Below, piece by piece: positions 1 through 9,927 of a DNA stretch of 64,000 nt (position 1 is its first letter; the number at the start of each line of letters is the position of its first letter). The DNA comes from a virus. The translations under genes were made by a program, and so were the position numbers. The stretch spans positions 32,001 through 96,000 of IMG/VR virus record IMGVR_UViG_3300036831_000148; one strand, written 5' to 3'. The notes below the pieces were generated by a model. The model searched no databases. It saw only the letters and a list, made by a program, of their open reading frames with translations, and was not told where the DNA came from.

Positions 1-142
1 TCAGTTCGACCTCGGGTACCACCTGAACGTCCACCAGGTGACCGCCCCAGTCCACCTCGGCGTCAACCCGCAGCTCCGCGCCCTCGGCCACGACAGAAGA
101 CCCGTCCGGGTAGTACAGGTAGACCGCTACCCGGGTAACCAT
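1..142 (-). CDS. hypothetical protein (partial, runs off window)
   Basis: ATG at 142, open frame MVTRVAVYLYYPDGSSVVAEG... to window edge, GC3-rich. Confidence 0.5.
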   Translation of the reverse strand, partial: MVTRVAVYLYYPDGSSVVAEGAELRVDAEVDWGGHLVDVQVVPEVEL

Positions 143-171
143 CTGGCGGAGGCCAGGGTCAAGCGGGAACG

Positions 172-312
172 TCACCAGTTGACCGTACCGTGCAGGGCCA
201 GGCTGAAGAGGATGAACAGCGCCGTGAAAACCCCAGCCAGTACGAGCAGGCACAGCAGGTCGCGGCCGAGCCGCCACCACGGGCCGTGCTCAGGGAAACC
301 CCGGTGAGCCAT
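172..312 (-). CDS. small membrane protein
   Basis: 46 aa from ATG 312 with one hydrophobic helix LLCLLVLAGVFTALFILFSLAL. Confidence 0.55.
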   Translation of the reverse strand: MAHRGFPEHGPWWRLGRDLLCLLVLAGVFTALFILFSLALHGTVNW

Positions 313-427
313 AAAACCACCTGCCAGCCGCGCCCGTGAAAGAGGTTCCACACCTTGCCGTGCACGCCCTCGGGCCAGTACCACTGGGTCGCCCAGCCCG
401 CCGGCGCGATGAACTCCCAGAAATCCC

Positions 428-880
428 TCACGACACGGGAATCGGAGTGTACCTCTTCACCGGGATGCCCAGGGCCTTCGCGAGCCGGGAGCAGTGCTTC
501 GTCCCGTGCGTGACGTGAAACGGCCAGCCGGGGTCGGCCGGCTTGCCCCGGCACTCCGCCCGCTCGCAGGGCAGGCCGAACGCCACGCAGCCCCACGCGC
601 CCAGACGGGCCATCTCCTCGTTGCGCCGGATGCCCGCCATGCCGTCGAACCGGCCGCCCGGGTACCAGTCCGCCGGGTGGCGCTCCACCCCGCCGCCCAG
701 GTACTCGTCCCAGAACGTCTCGCACAGCAGGTCGGCGCCGCGCGGGCAGGCCCCGCTGACCAGGAGGATGTCCGGGTCAAAGTCCCATGCCCTCTTGAGC
801 GGGCGCCGGATGATCCCGAAGTCGTCCCAGTCCTGCGACCCGGTAACCAGCAGGCGCCGCCGGGGCTCAGCCATTCCCAT
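428..880 (-). CDS. SLOG-superfamily (DUF2493/YspA-like) protein
   Basis: RLLVTGSQDW...LVSGACPRGAD...RN..M...HGT motifs; CGTAGT box 7 nt upstream of ATG. Confidence 0.7.
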   Translation of the reverse strand: MGMAEPRRRLLVTGSQDWDDFGIIRRPLKRAWDFDPDILLVSGACPRGADLLCETFWDEYLGGGVERHPADWYPGGRFDGMAGIRRNEEMARLGAWGCVAFGLPCERAECRGKPADPGWPFHVTHGTKHCSRLAKALGIPVKRYTPIPVS

Positions 881-894
881 GCCCGTTACTACGC

Positions 895-1473
895 CTAGCC
901 CGGGTCCGCCGGGAACATCTCCGAGCTGATGCTGAAGAACTGCATGTCGATCTTGTCGTGGTCAGCCGGCCCGACCAGCACCATCCGCTGCTCGCGCGGG
1001 TCCCACTTGACGTAGGCGAGGTCATCGCGCCCGTAGTGCTCAAAGCCGGTGAGCTGGCCGAAGAACACGCCGGTCATCTGCTGGCGCCGGGCAAGCCGCC
1101 GGATCGCCAGGTCGAACATGGGCACGCCGGTCTGCTCGGACGTGACCTCGATCGCCTGCGCGTTGCGGGCCATCTCCTGCACCGGCTTGCTGTAGGAGTA
1201 GGAGCCGATCTCCTCGTTCTGCAGCGGCGACGCAATCACCTGCTGGTACGGGAACCGCAGGTAGAGCCAGTCCGCCATTGACATGACGCCCATCTTGGCG
1301 AGCAACTGGAGGTCTGCCTGCATCCCGGGGTAGTCGTCGGCCCCCAGTTCCGCCAGGATCGTGAACATCATGGTCGCCTGCAGCAGCGCGCTGTTCACGT
1401 AGCCGGTGTAGCTGCCCACCGGGCGCCCGGTGAACTCGGCGAGCTCAGCCGGGGTGGGGACGGGCCAGGTCAC
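895..1473 (-). CDS. putative head-to-tail adaptor/connector
   Basis: 192 aa, P-T-x-x-EL N-terminus and E.IGSYSYSK motif, position downstream of capsid genes. Confidence 0.55.
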   Translation of the reverse strand: MTWPVPTPAELAEFTGRPVGSYTGYVNSALLQATMMFTILAELGADDYPGMQADLQLLAKMGVMSMADWLYLRFPYQQVIASPLQNEEIGSYSYSKPVQEMARNAQAIEVTSEQTGVPMFDLAIRRLARRQQMTGVFFGQLTGFEHYGRDDLAYVKWDPREQRMVLVGPADHDKIDMQFFSISSEMFPADPG

Positions 1474-1670
1474 GGCTCCTCCAGCCCGAGCAGCCGCCTG
1501 ACCTCCGTGACGAACCGCTGCGCCGCCTCGGTAAGCCGGCCCTCGGCCCAGGTAACGTCCAGGTCGCCGTCCTGCCGCGTGATGCGCAGCAGGTGCGTCC
1601 CGTCGTCGTCCATGATGACGACCGACGGCAGCGGGGGCGGCTCGAAGTCAGCCCAGGTGTACGCGGTCAC
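1470..1670 (-). CDS. hypothetical protein
   Basis: 66 aa from GTG 1670, coupled by GTGA overlaps on both sides. Confidence 0.55.
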   Translation of the reverse strand: MTAYTWADFEPPPLPSVVIMDDDGTHLLRITRQDGDLDVTWAEGRLTEAAQRFVTEVRRLLGLEEP

Positions 1671-2395
1671 CGCTGCCCCGCGAACGCCAACTGGGCGAGC
1701 TCGTGGCCCGCGTCCAGCACCAGGGCCTGCCCGCTGCCCTGCGCGGACAAGTGCATGGCGTGCACCCGGCTGCCGGTGCTGGCCCACAGCACCTGCACCC
1801 GGCCGTCGCCGGACCCGCGCGGCGCCACCGGGACCACGGCGGCCTGGTGGCCCTCGGAATCAGTGACGAACAGGTTGAAGTCGGCGTGCTTGAACGTCTC
1901 TATGTCCGTGATCGGGGCCGGGTAATGGTGCACCCCGCCGCCGTGCGGCAGGACCCCGGTGTGCGCCGCCGCGGGCAGCGGCACGCTGGCGTTGCAGATG
2001 CTGTCGGTCCACCGCGCCACCCCGGCCGCGTCGGTGACCGGCGCGTCCAGCAGGTCCCGGATGCCCAGTTCCTCAGCCGACCCGGGGAACGCCGCGTACA
2101 GCCGGCGCGCGTTGGCGCGGAGCAGGTCCACCCGCGCCGGGTCGGCGCAGAACTGCGCGCTCCACTCGATGCCCGCCAGGTTGCGGACCAGGAACCAGCC
2201 GTCCGCGTCCTTCACCCACAGCCCGCCGCCGTGGTGGTCCTGGACCGGCTCCGGGCCGTAGAAGGTCCCCCCGGCGGCCAGGTGGTGCATCTCCGCCCGC
2301 GCGGCCCGGTACTCGCCGGAGTCGCGCCGCGGCGGGTGGTCGGGGATCTCCACGTCCCAGCCGTGGTCCTCGTGCTCGACGTGCTCGCCGCTCAT
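1667..2395 (-). CDS. conserved actinobacterial protein (DUF6424-like, tentative)
   Basis: 242 aa, IPDHPPR/HHGGGLW/GIEWSAQF; CGATTG box 7 nt upstream of ATG. Confidence 0.55.
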   Translation of the reverse strand: MSGEHVEHEDHGWDVEIPDHPPRRDSGEYRAARAEMHHLAAGGTFYGPEPVQDHHGGGLWVKDADGWFLVRNLAGIEWSAQFCADPARVDLLRANARRLYAAFPGSAEELGIRDLLDAPVTDAAGVARWTDSICNASVPLPAAAHTGVLPHGGGVHHYPAPITDIETFKHADFNLFVTDSEGHQAAVVPVAPRGSGDGRVQVLWASTGSRVHAMHLSAQGSGQALVLDAGHELAQLAFAGQR

Positions 2396-2548
2396 GGCGG
2401 GGCAATCGGCGGGGGAGCCTTAACTCAGCCGGACCCGGCAGCAGGCCCCCGTGGTTACCAGAGCGCGGCCCCGGCCCGCAGTGACGGCCGGGCCCAGGCG
2501 TTTGTCAGGCCCGGAGCCGGAAGCTGGTCCGGGCTCCCCCGCTTCCAG

Positions 2549-3799
2549 TCAGGGTACCCCGGCCGCCATCAGCAGGCCGGACCCTGGCAGGGCAAGCTGA
2601 ACCTCCAGGTCCACCCAGTCGTTTTCGGGAGCATCCCAGTTGCCGGGGAACGCCCATGCCGTGTTCGGGCCCTCGAAAGCGCCCTGCAGCGGCGTGCCGC
2701 CCACGGTAGACGGCGCTGACAGCGGGCCGTTGCCCAGCCCGTTCGCCCCGAGGGCCAGCGCGCTGCCGCTGATCCCGCCCGAGCCCCAGAACGGGATGCT
2801 GTAGCTGCGCCAGAGGCTTCCCCCGGCGGTCCACACGGCCGGAATCAGGTTGCGGCCGGCGGGGAGCGTCACGCCGCTCGCCGAGTAGTCGGCGTACACC
2901 CACCCGCTGCCCGCGGACGCCGTGCCGCCGCCCTCGGCCTTCCAGGCCGGCGATGTCTTGTCCGTCCCGGCCACCACCGCCTGCGTGGTCGTGTCCCAGA
3001 CGGCGCAGCGGCTCGGCAGGACCTGCGCGCCCTGGCCGGACAGGAACCACAGCCGCACCGGGCTGCACGGCGCCGACAGCGAGACCGTGTTGCCCACCGC
3101 GTAGCCGTCGTCGTCCTGCACCGCGTTGAAGTCCAGCGAGTTCCCCAGCCCCCAGCCCTCAAGGCTCGGGAACAGGCGGTAGGTCGCCCCGGCCGGCGCC
3201 TGGTCGGTGACCTGCACGTCCAGCCACGACAGGAACGCGCCGTCGTCGCTGGCGGGGAACGCCACGGTCGGGTCGGAGCCGGCGATGGAGAAGCAGCTCT
3301 GCACGCTGCCGAACGGGTCCGGGCGGCTGCCGCTGGTGTGGCTGAACGCGGTGAGCAGCCCGTTGACGATGCCCGCCGAGTAGGGGTCGCCGCTGCCCCA
3401 CTGGGCGTTGGAGAGGGGGAACCCGGCACCGGTTGACGTCATGCCGGTCGCGGCGATGTACGACCAGCCGCGGGTGAGCGGGATGGGCGACGGCAGCGGG
3501 ACGAAGTTCATGCCGGCCGCCAGCGTCCCCGAGGTGACCACCGATGAGGGGATCACGCTGGCCGAGTGGCCTGCCCCGTCGATGTTCTCCGACCAGATGC
3601 AGAACTTCTGCGCGGCCGTGGCCTGCCCGCTCGCCACCCACCACCAGTAGCCCTGCAGCCAGGCGGTGCCGGTGACCTTGTACGCGGTCCCGGCGACGTA
3701 GCCGCCGGTGAAGGACGTCGGCGTCGCCGGCGGCTGGGTGCCTGACGAGCCGACCCCGGGCCGGCCGGCGACGCCGTCAAGCAGGCGGTAGGTGGTCAC
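2549..3799 (-). CDS. virion protein with two tandem beta-sandwich (DUF4082-like) domains
   Basis: 416 aa G/S/T/W-rich, internal duplication (TYRL...W.D..V twice). Confidence 0.5.
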   Translation of the reverse strand: MTTYRLLDGVAGRPGVGSSGTQPPATPTSFTGGYVAGTAYKVTGTAWLQGYWWWVASGQATAAQKFCIWSENIDGAGHSASVIPSSVVTSGTLAAGMNFVPLPSPIPLTRGWSYIAATGMTSTGAGFPLSNAQWGSGDPYSAGIVNGLLTAFSHTSGSRPDPFGSVQSCFSIAGSDPTVAFPASDDGAFLSWLDVQVTDQAPAGATYRLFPSLEGWGLGNSLDFNAVQDDDGYAVGNTVSLSAPCSPVRLWFLSGQGAQVLPSRCAVWDTTTQAVVAGTDKTSPAWKAEGGGTASAGSGWVYADYSASGVTLPAGRNLIPAVWTAGGSLWRSYSIPFWGSGGISGSALALGANGLGNGPLSAPSTVGGTPLQGAFEGPNTAWAFPGNWDAPENDWVDLEVQLALPGSGLLMAAGVP

Positions 3800-4786
3800 C
3801 TAGAAGCCCGTCGCCGAGCCGAGGTACATCCACTGGCTCTTGGCGCTGTCGTAGTCGAACGCCGCCAGGTCGCAGGCGCTCGCCGCCGAGGACAGCACGG
3901 GGGCCGAGCCGCCGCCGAAGTTGTAGCCGCCGGCGCCGGAGGCCCAGGTGAGCGTGAACGGGCCGCCGCTGGACGGCTGGCGCACCCGGAAGGTGAGCCG
4001 CTGCGCGTTCACCGGGTTGGACGGCGCGCCCATCGCCCGGTTGCCGCCGAGCGTGACATCAGCCTCGTTGCCGAGCGCGGCGTTGACCAGGATGGTCGCC
4101 GCGTCGGTGAGGCCGAACACCCGCGGGGACAGCTCCGCGCCGAGCGTCCCGCCGCCAGACGCCAGCAGGTCCGCCAGCAGGGCGGCGAGCGAGGAGGCCG
4201 AGGTCCCGGTGCCGCCGTCCAGCGTGCTGACCGGGCTGCCGGACGTCGGCTGCAGGCTGGCAGCATAGGCCTCCGCCGCCGTCTGCGCGCTGGCTGCCGC
4301 GCCCGACTGGTCAGCGCCCACCTGGGCGTAGGTGTAGTCGCCGGACTGCGCCGTCACCGCGCCGCTGCGCCCGAACACGCTGGCCACCGCGCCGCCTCCG
4401 GCCGCCGCCGCAGTGTTGGCCAGGGCGTACAGGTCCACCGTGCCGTCGTACGGGGACGCGCCGTACACCGACCAGGGCAGGAAGAACTCCCACTCGTCAG
4501 CGTCGGCGCCGGCCAGGCTGACCGACACCTCCCAGCACCAGAACCCGGTGCGGGACTCCAGCACCAGGCCGGCGTTGTCGGTGGCCAGCAGCCGTAGCGC
4601 CGCGCCCGCCGAGGTCACAAGCTGCCCGCCGGAGATCGCCGCCGTGACCGGCACGCCCGGGGTGACCAGCGGGACCCCGGAAGAGTACACCGGCTGGCTG
4701 GGGGTGAAGGTGGCCGTGCCCGTCAGCGGGGCGCCGGTGCCGTCGGCGAACGTCCCGGTTACCGTGACGTAGTTCAGCGTGGTCAC
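3800..4786 (-). CDS. fibre/minor structural protein
   Basis: VASVFGRSGAVTAQSGDY phage-fibre repeat, beta-rich C-terminal domain; CGATTA box 7 nt upstream. Confidence 0.6.
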   Translation of the reverse strand: MTTLNYVTVTGTFADGTGAPLTGTATFTPSQPVYSSGVPLVTPGVPVTAAISGGQLVTSAGAALRLLATDNAGLVLESRTGFWCWEVSVSLAGADADEWEFFLPWSVYGASPYDGTVDLYALANTAAAAGGGAVASVFGRSGAVTAQSGDYTYAQVGADQSGAAASAQTAAEAYAASLQPTSGSPVSTLDGGTGTSASSLAALLADLLASGGGTLGAELSPRVFGLTDAATILVNAALGNEADVTLGGNRAMGAPSNPVNAQRLTFRVRQPSSGGPFTLTWASGAGGYNFGGGSAPVLSSAASACDLAAFDYDSAKSQWMYLGSATGF

Positions 4787-4807
4787 GACAGGTTAATCGC
4801 CCCGGGG

Positions 4808-5503
4808 TCAGCCGAACGCGGGGGCGGGGACTGCCCGGCCGCGGCGCGCCTCGGCCTGGTCGGCCGCGCGCAGCTCCGCCTCCGTCGGCCCGGAGAACCG
4901 GGTCTTGGCCCCGTCCGGGCCGGTGACGGTGATCTGCTCGAACGACCCGAGGGCGTCGGCGTAGGACCGCCGGCCGGGCCACGGCCCGAAGTCGAACTTC
5001 TGCTCTCCCCAGCGGTCCACTTGCTGGTACCGGTCCAGGGTGATCCAGCCGAGCGCCTCGGCCCAGCGCGGGTGATCCGGGCCGATCGCCAGCTCCTGGC
5101 CGCGGTACCAGACCTGGCCGAACGCGGTCAGCCCGTCAGCCACGAAGTGGATCAGCACCGCCTCGCCCTCAGCCGGGACGAACTGCTGGGGGGCGCGCTC
5201 GAACCGCGCGGCGGCCGCCACCGCCTCGGCGTGCGCCCGCTCGCGCTCTGCCTTCTCCGCCGGGGAGAGCTCCGTCGCCGGGCGCGGGCGCATCGGCTCG
5301 CCGGCCACCGGGAGCTGCGCGCCCATCGGCACGCCGCACGCGGCGCAGAACCGGGAGTCCCGGTGGTTCTCGTGCCCGAGGGCACAGCGGGTGAGCTCGC
5401 CAGCCGGGGCGGTAATCTCACCCGGGCCGGCGGCACTGGGCCGCAGCCTCTCGGAAGCCGCCACCACGTCAACGACGGCCTGCGGGCCGCTGAGTCCTGC
5501 CAT
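4808..5503 (-). CDS. hypothetical protein with zinc ribbon
   Basis: CxxGHxNxxxxxFCxxCG; start ATG 5503 chosen because CGATTC lies exactly 7 nt upstream. Confidence 0.6.
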   Translation of the reverse strand: MAGLSGPQAVVDVVAASERLRPSAAGPGEITAPAGELTRCALGHENHRDSRFCAACGVPMGAQLPVAGEPMRPRPATELSPAEKAERERAHAEAVAAAARFERAPQQFVPAEGEAVLIHFVADGLTAFGQVWYRGQELAIGPDHPRWAEALGWITLDRYQQVDRWGEQKFDFGPWPGRRSYADALGSFEQITVTGPDGAKTRFSGPTEAELRAADQAEARRGRAVPAPAFG

Positions 5504-5603
5504 GCGGGGGGAATCGGCGGACGCAAAAGGGACCGCGCCCGAAGCACGGTCCCCCTGCGGCACAAACACGGCAGATCCTGGCGGGATCCGGTACTCACGT
5601 TAC

Positions 5604-5751
5604 CCGGAAATCGGGAGGGACGGCTAGCGGCTCTGCCCGAAGATCCTCGTCGCGGCCTGAGACCGCGTATCCCGTTCCGGGCCAGCTTTGGCCTCCGCCC
5701 CTCCCTCATTCCCGGTGCCGGGTCCGGGTGGGTGGTCCCGTGCCGCGGCAC
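5604..5751 (-). ncRNA. candidate structured ncRNA
   Basis: CGTAGT promoter box at 5759-5764; ~19-bp closing stem (5604-5623 with 5695-5715) enclosing several hairpins. Confidence 0.4.
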
Positions 5752-5773
5752 ACCTGTTACTACGCCCGGGCGC

Positions 5774-5810
5774 GGAGAAGCCCCCGGGCTACCGTTCCGG
5801 GGGCTTCTCC
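5774..5810 (-). terminator. hairpin terminator after major capsid gene
   Basis: GGAGAAGCCCCCGG...CCGGGGGCTTCTCC 14-bp inverted repeat. Confidence 0.75.
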
Positions 5811-5835
5811 AGGCTCAGCGAGAGCTACCTGCAGG

Positions 5836-7038
5836 CTAGTCGATGTTGCCGCTTCCCGCAGCGTTGCCGACCGATCCGGCCCAGTAGCCGGCCGGGACGG
5901 AGCTGCCGTTGGAGACGATGTTGGTGGCGACCAGCATCTGCTCCGGGCGGGTGATGATCGGGAGAAGGTGCCACTCAAGCAGGTACTGACGGGCGCTCGG
6001 GTCCTTCTCCTTCCACGTCTTCGCGTACTTCCCGGTGAAGCCGGACGGCGCCTCGTCGTCGGCGGTAGGGCCGATCAGGACTTCCACCGGCCGCTGGTCG
6101 GTGTAGTTCCCGAGGTAAAGCTGCCCGTCCGGCACGAAGAAGGTCAGGTACCCGAGGTCAGATTCGAACACCTGCTCCACGGTCGTCCAGGTGAGGCCCA
6201 TGAAGCCGGTCATGATGCCGGTCGAGTAGAACTCGTCCTTCATCCGGTCGGACAGCATGGTCGCCGGGATGGACACGGTGGACGCCTGGGTGGCCGACAC
6301 CCACGCCTCCATCAGCGCCATCATCGTCACCGAGGTAGCGAAGACCTCCTTCGCCGGCACCCGGCCGTGCACCTGCAGCAGCCGCTTCCAGGACCGCACG
6401 TCCTCCAGGATGGAGACCGGGGTCGCGTAGGTGATGGTGCCGCCGGTGGCGTTCAGCCGGGTGTTGGCCTGGCCGAGGGTGGCCGCGTTGCCCGGGGTGC
6501 CGGAGCCGGCCCCGCCGGTGGTGTAGTAGGCGAGGGCGGTGTTGGTCACCCACGCGGTCGCCGGCGTCACGAAGTGGCTGGCCGGGAACTTGTAGTCCAC
6601 CACGGCCTGGACGTCGGAGTAGTTGTAGGTGATGCCGCCGCCCAGCGCCTGCCAGATCGACCACTCCGCGAAATTATCGAACCTCTGGTTGAGGTCGTTG
6701 ATCTCGCGCAGCACCGCCTGCTCGGCGTTGATCCGGGCGATCTCGCCCGGGGTGCGCAGCCAGTGCAGGGTGGTCGGCTCGAAGACCTTCTTCTCGCGCA
6801 GGTAGATGAAGGCCGCGGACTCCTGGCTCCGGCCGAGGCGCGAGATGATGTGCGCCTCGGAGTTGGGCACGTTCGGCTTGGCGACCGCGCGAGAGCCCTT
6901 CACCACGTCCCAGGTGGCGCTCGGGAACGGCCACGGGGTCTGGTCTAGCCGGTTGAGCATCAGGAGGGTCTCGGGGGTGACGAACTTCTCTACCACCCCG
7001 CGCAGGACCACGGGCTCAAGGAGGCTGATGTCTGGCAC
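5836..7038 (-). CDS. major capsid protein (lambda E-like/HK97 fold)
   Basis: 400 aa from GTG 7038; follows decoration and protease genes; KTWKEKDPSARQYLLEWHLLP C-terminal motif. Confidence 0.8.
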   Translation of the reverse strand: MPDISLLEPVVLRGVVEKFVTPETLLMLNRLDQTPWPFPSATWDVVKGSRAVAKPNVPNSEAHIISRLGRSQESAAFIYLREKKVFEPTTLHWLRTPGEIARINAEQAVLREINDLNQRFDNFAEWSIWQALGGGITYNYSDVQAVVDYKFPASHFVTPATAWVTNTALAYYTTGGAGSGTPGNAATLGQANTRLNATGGTITYATPVSILEDVRSWKRLLQVHGRVPAKEVFATSVTMMALMEAWVSATQASTVSIPATMLSDRMKDEFYSTGIMTGFMGLTWTTVEQVFESDLGYLTFFVPDGQLYLGNYTDQRPVEVLIGPTADDEAPSGFTGKYAKTWKEKDPSARQYLLEWHLLPIITRPEQMLVATNIVSNGSSVPAGYWAGSVGNAAGSGNID

Positions 7039-7567
7039 GGGAATGCCTCTCGCATCCGGGTTCGCTCGGTTAGTCAGCGACACCCGAGCGGGTGCCCGGC
7101 CTGCGCCGCCCCCAGAGAGGGCCACATGGCTGGCCTGACCGCCGTGAGGCGGTTACCGTGCCTAATCGGCAAGCATGCGCAGCAGGCGCCTCCAGCGCGC
7201 CCGCAGCCGGTACAGCGGCCACACCACCCTGCGCTTCACCTGGCGGCGCAGCCGCTGGGCCGGCGTGTACTTCCCGTGCCCGATGTGAACGTGCGGCTCG
7301 GCGGTCCGGCCCGCGCTCCAGTCCGGGCCCCAGCGGCAGGTGTACGGCTGCAGGGAGTCCGCCCGGCGCTCGCGCAGCCAGATGCGGGCGATCACCAGCC
7401 ACGCGCGCCAGCGCGAGTGGTAGCGCCGCTTGCCGCAGTGTGCCGCCCGCCAGTCTCCGTACCGGTGGTGCCTCACACCCAGAATGTACGGGGGAGGTAT
7501 CACAGGGCTGAGGCCCCCGGCAGGCGGAGCCGGGGGCCTCACTGGCGGCGCGGGCCGCCAGTTCGCA

Positions 7568-8251
7568 CTAGAAGATGAACGCGTTCACCCCGACGCCGGT
7601 CGGCACGACGCCCGCGTTCGACGGCGGGACGCCGTCCATCGGGCCGCCGGGGAAGGCGTCCGGCACGGCGGACACCCCGCCGCCGTACGGCACGTAGCGC
7701 GCGCCCAGCAGGCTGATGACCTGGCCGGCGCCGGAGCCGAGGCCCTGGCCGTTGATGATGTTGGTGGCGTCGGTGCCGGACACCACGTTGCCGTTGAGGA
7801 TCCCGCGCACCACCATGTTGCCCAGGCAGTCGGTGGCCACCTTGCCCGCCGGGGACGCCGGGAACACGATGGAGCCGCCGGCGAGGGTGATGGCGTCCGG
7901 GTTCACCCCGTTGGTGCCGGAGTTGTAGGCGCTCAGCGAGGCCGCCCCCGCCCCGCCGGTGTCGCGCGCGTCGCGCAGCACGCCCACCGGGATCTGCCGC
8001 CCGTCGGTGGCCCCCGCCTGGTAGGAGAAGTACCGCCCGGACGCCACGTGCCGGGCGATGACGCACCCAGTGGGCAGCAGGCCCTGGCCCGCCGCGAGGG
8101 TGACCCCCCGCTGGGTGAAGCCGGCGTAGCTGAGCAGCAGCTCCTGTACGGCTTCAGCGTGGAACTCGTCGCCGAACCCGGAGCCGTACTCGTGGGTCGG
8201 CTTGACGTACCCGGGGACGTAATCAAACTCGCTAGAGTCGCCGCTAGGCAT
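7568..8251 (-). CDS. head decoration protein
   Basis: GVTLAAGQGLLPTGCVIA...Y..Y...ATDGRQIPVGVL, lambda-D-like motif; SD GAGGAG. Confidence 0.75.
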   Translation of the reverse strand: MPSGDSSEFDYVPGYVKPTHEYGSGFGDEFHAEAVQELLLSYAGFTQRGVTLAAGQGLLPTGCVIARHVASGRYFSYQAGATDGRQIPVGVLRDARDTGGAGAASLSAYNSGTNGVNPDAITLAGGSIVFPASPAGKVATDCLGNMVVRGILNGNVVSGTDATNIINGQGLGSGAGQVISLLGARYVPYGGGVSAVPDAFPGGPMDGVPPSNAGVVPTGVGVNAFIF

Positions 8252-8281
8252 CTGCCGTGCTCCTCGCTCTGCCTACCCCGG

Positions 8282-9403
8282 TTACTTCCGGGACCCGTCG
8301 GGGGTGAAGAACTCCGCGTGCTGCGCGGTGAGCCGCGCCACCTCGGCGTCGATGTCCTCTTCCTGGCGCTGCTCGCCATCGGGCCCGCCGACGCCCTTCT
8401 GCGCGGCCAGTTGGACGTAAGGGCGGTCGGCCGGGGCGACGATCGCGTCCAGGCCCGGCCGGTTGGTGAGCGCCATCTGGACGGCGACCTCGCGCGCCTT
8501 GGGCAGCAGCCGCCCGGTGCCGATGTAGCCGTCCACCTCGGTCTCGGCGGCGGCCAGCTTCAGCTCGTCCACCTCGCCGCGCAGGCTGGTGTTGGACTGC
8601 GCGAGCTCTACCACGGCGGCGGTCACGTCGGACAGCGACACCTGGCCGGGGTCGTCGCTGGCGGCGAGGCGGACCGCGCCCGCCTCCTGCAGCGCGGAGA
8701 CGATCGCGGCTGAAAGCGCGGCGCTGTCGGCCGCGGGCGGCACGGCGGCAGCCTGCAGGGCCGTGACGTCGATGCCGTGCTCGTCCTTCAGAGCGGCGAG
8801 CAGCTCGTCCTTGGTCATCTGCACGGTTTCCTCCGGCGCGGCGGTGAGTACGACCACTTCGCCGGGGTTATCGGCCGAGGCGGCGAGGACTTCCCTGTAG
8901 TCCTCCAGCCCGGTCACGTACGGCCGGTTGGTGACCGCGACGTGAAGCAGCGTCGGCCCTACCTTGGTGTTGGTCGCGCTGTCGGTGTAGTTGGTCGACA
9001 GGTACGCGCTGGCGCCCAGGTAGGTCTTGCCGAACTTCTCCGCGTCCGCGCGGGCGTCGATCAGCGCGTAGACCTTGCCGGCCCGCTCGCGGATGCCGAC
9101 CACCTCGCCCAGGTTCGCGCCGGGGCTCTCCACGTGCTCGTTCTTGTCGTTGGCGAGCGGGACCTGCACGATGTCGCAGTAGCCCTTGGTGAAGTTGTCC
9201 TGCATCGCGGCGACGAACGCGTCGTCGATGCGGATCTTCTCGCCGGTCTTCGGGTGCAGCAGCACGCCCTTGTTCAGGATGTGCTTCTCGTACAGCTTCC
9301 CCTGGACCCGGCGCGAGCGGGCGAGGGCCACCGGGATGTCGGCGACCGGCGCGAACGTGTCGCCGTCCGGGGCCGGCACGATGTAGCGCAGGTCATCGGC
9401 CAT
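8282..9403 (-). CDS. capsid maturation protease/scaffold (Mu I-like)
   Basis: SAYLSTNY...GPTLLHVAVTNRPYV motif plus coiled-coil C-terminus; CGATTA box 7 nt upstream. Confidence 0.75.
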   Translation of the reverse strand: MADDLRYIVPAPDGDTFAPVADIPVALARSRRVQGKLYEKHILNKGVLLHPKTGEKIRIDDAFVAAMQDNFTKGYCDIVQVPLANDKNEHVESPGANLGEVVGIRERAGKVYALIDARADAEKFGKTYLGASAYLSTNYTDSATNTKVGPTLLHVAVTNRPYVTGLEDYREVLAASADNPGEVVVLTAAPEETVQMTKDELLAALKDEHGIDVTALQAAAVPPAADSAALSAAIVSALQEAGAVRLAASDDPGQVSLSDVTAAVVELAQSNTSLRGEVDELKLAAAETEVDGYIGTGRLLPKAREVAVQMALTNRPGLDAIVAPADRPYVQLAAQKGVGGPDGEQRQEEDIDAEVARLTAQHAEFFTPDGSRK

Positions 9404-9409
9404 GCGCTC

Positions 9410-9634
9410 CTAATCGGACCGCCGGGCACTGCGGCTGTAGGCGGGCACCTGGGCCATCAGGGCCTCTGCGGCGGCGCCCATCATCTGCGCCGCGCGCTCC
9501 GGGTCGCGGGCCGCCTCGGCGGCCGCCTCGTCCACCTGCGCCGCGGCGTCGTCCAGCCCGGCGGCACGCAGGCGCGCGGCCATCTCGGCGGCCAGCGCGA
9601 GCGCGCCGGGGTCCGGGGGGCTGGGCTTCGGCAT
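9410..9634 (-). CDS. hypothetical Ala-rich protein
   Basis: 74 aa, SD GAGGAGG. Confidence 0.55.
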   Translation of the reverse strand: MPKPSPPDPGALALAAEMAARLRAAGLDDAAAQVDEAAAEAARDPERAAQMMGAAAEALMAQVPAYSRSARRSD

Positions 9635-9720
9635 GCGGCCTCCTCGCTTGACTTGAGTCTAGAGACTAGGGCAAGATAGCTGGCGTTGCACTTTTCATCG
9701 ACTACGGCAGGAGAATGTGC

Positions 9721-9927
9721 ATGACAGCAAAGCCGGCATGGGTCAAGTCGTCCCTGAGCTTCGCGAACGGCAACTGCGTGGAGGTATCCGACCTCCCCGG
9801 CGGGGTCGTGGGCGTGCGCAACAGCCGCGACCCCGATGGCGCGGTCCTCCGCTTCACGCCGGACGAGTGGCACGCGTTCATCGGCGGCGTCCGCGGCGGC
9901 GAGTTCAGCGGGTTCGGCAACGGCTAG
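9721..9927 (+). CDS. DUF397 domain protein
   Basis: WVKSSLS..NGNCVEV....GVVGVRNSRDP.G.VLRFT..EW.AF..GVR.GEF signature; SD AGGAG. Confidence 0.9.
   Translation: MTAKPAWVKSSLSFANGNCVEVSDLPGGVVGVRNSRDPDGAVLRFTPDEWHAFIGGVRGGEFSGFGNG

Noticed and set aside
5152-5751. 199-aa ORF starting at a promoter-linked GTG
   Set aside because: Arg/Pro-rich and overlaps the 4808-5503 gene out of frame. An RNA interpretation is preferred but not proven.
7162-7542. 126-aa Arg-rich ORF between decoration and capsid genes
   Set aside because: May be real but start and function are unsupported, so it is not listed as a feature.
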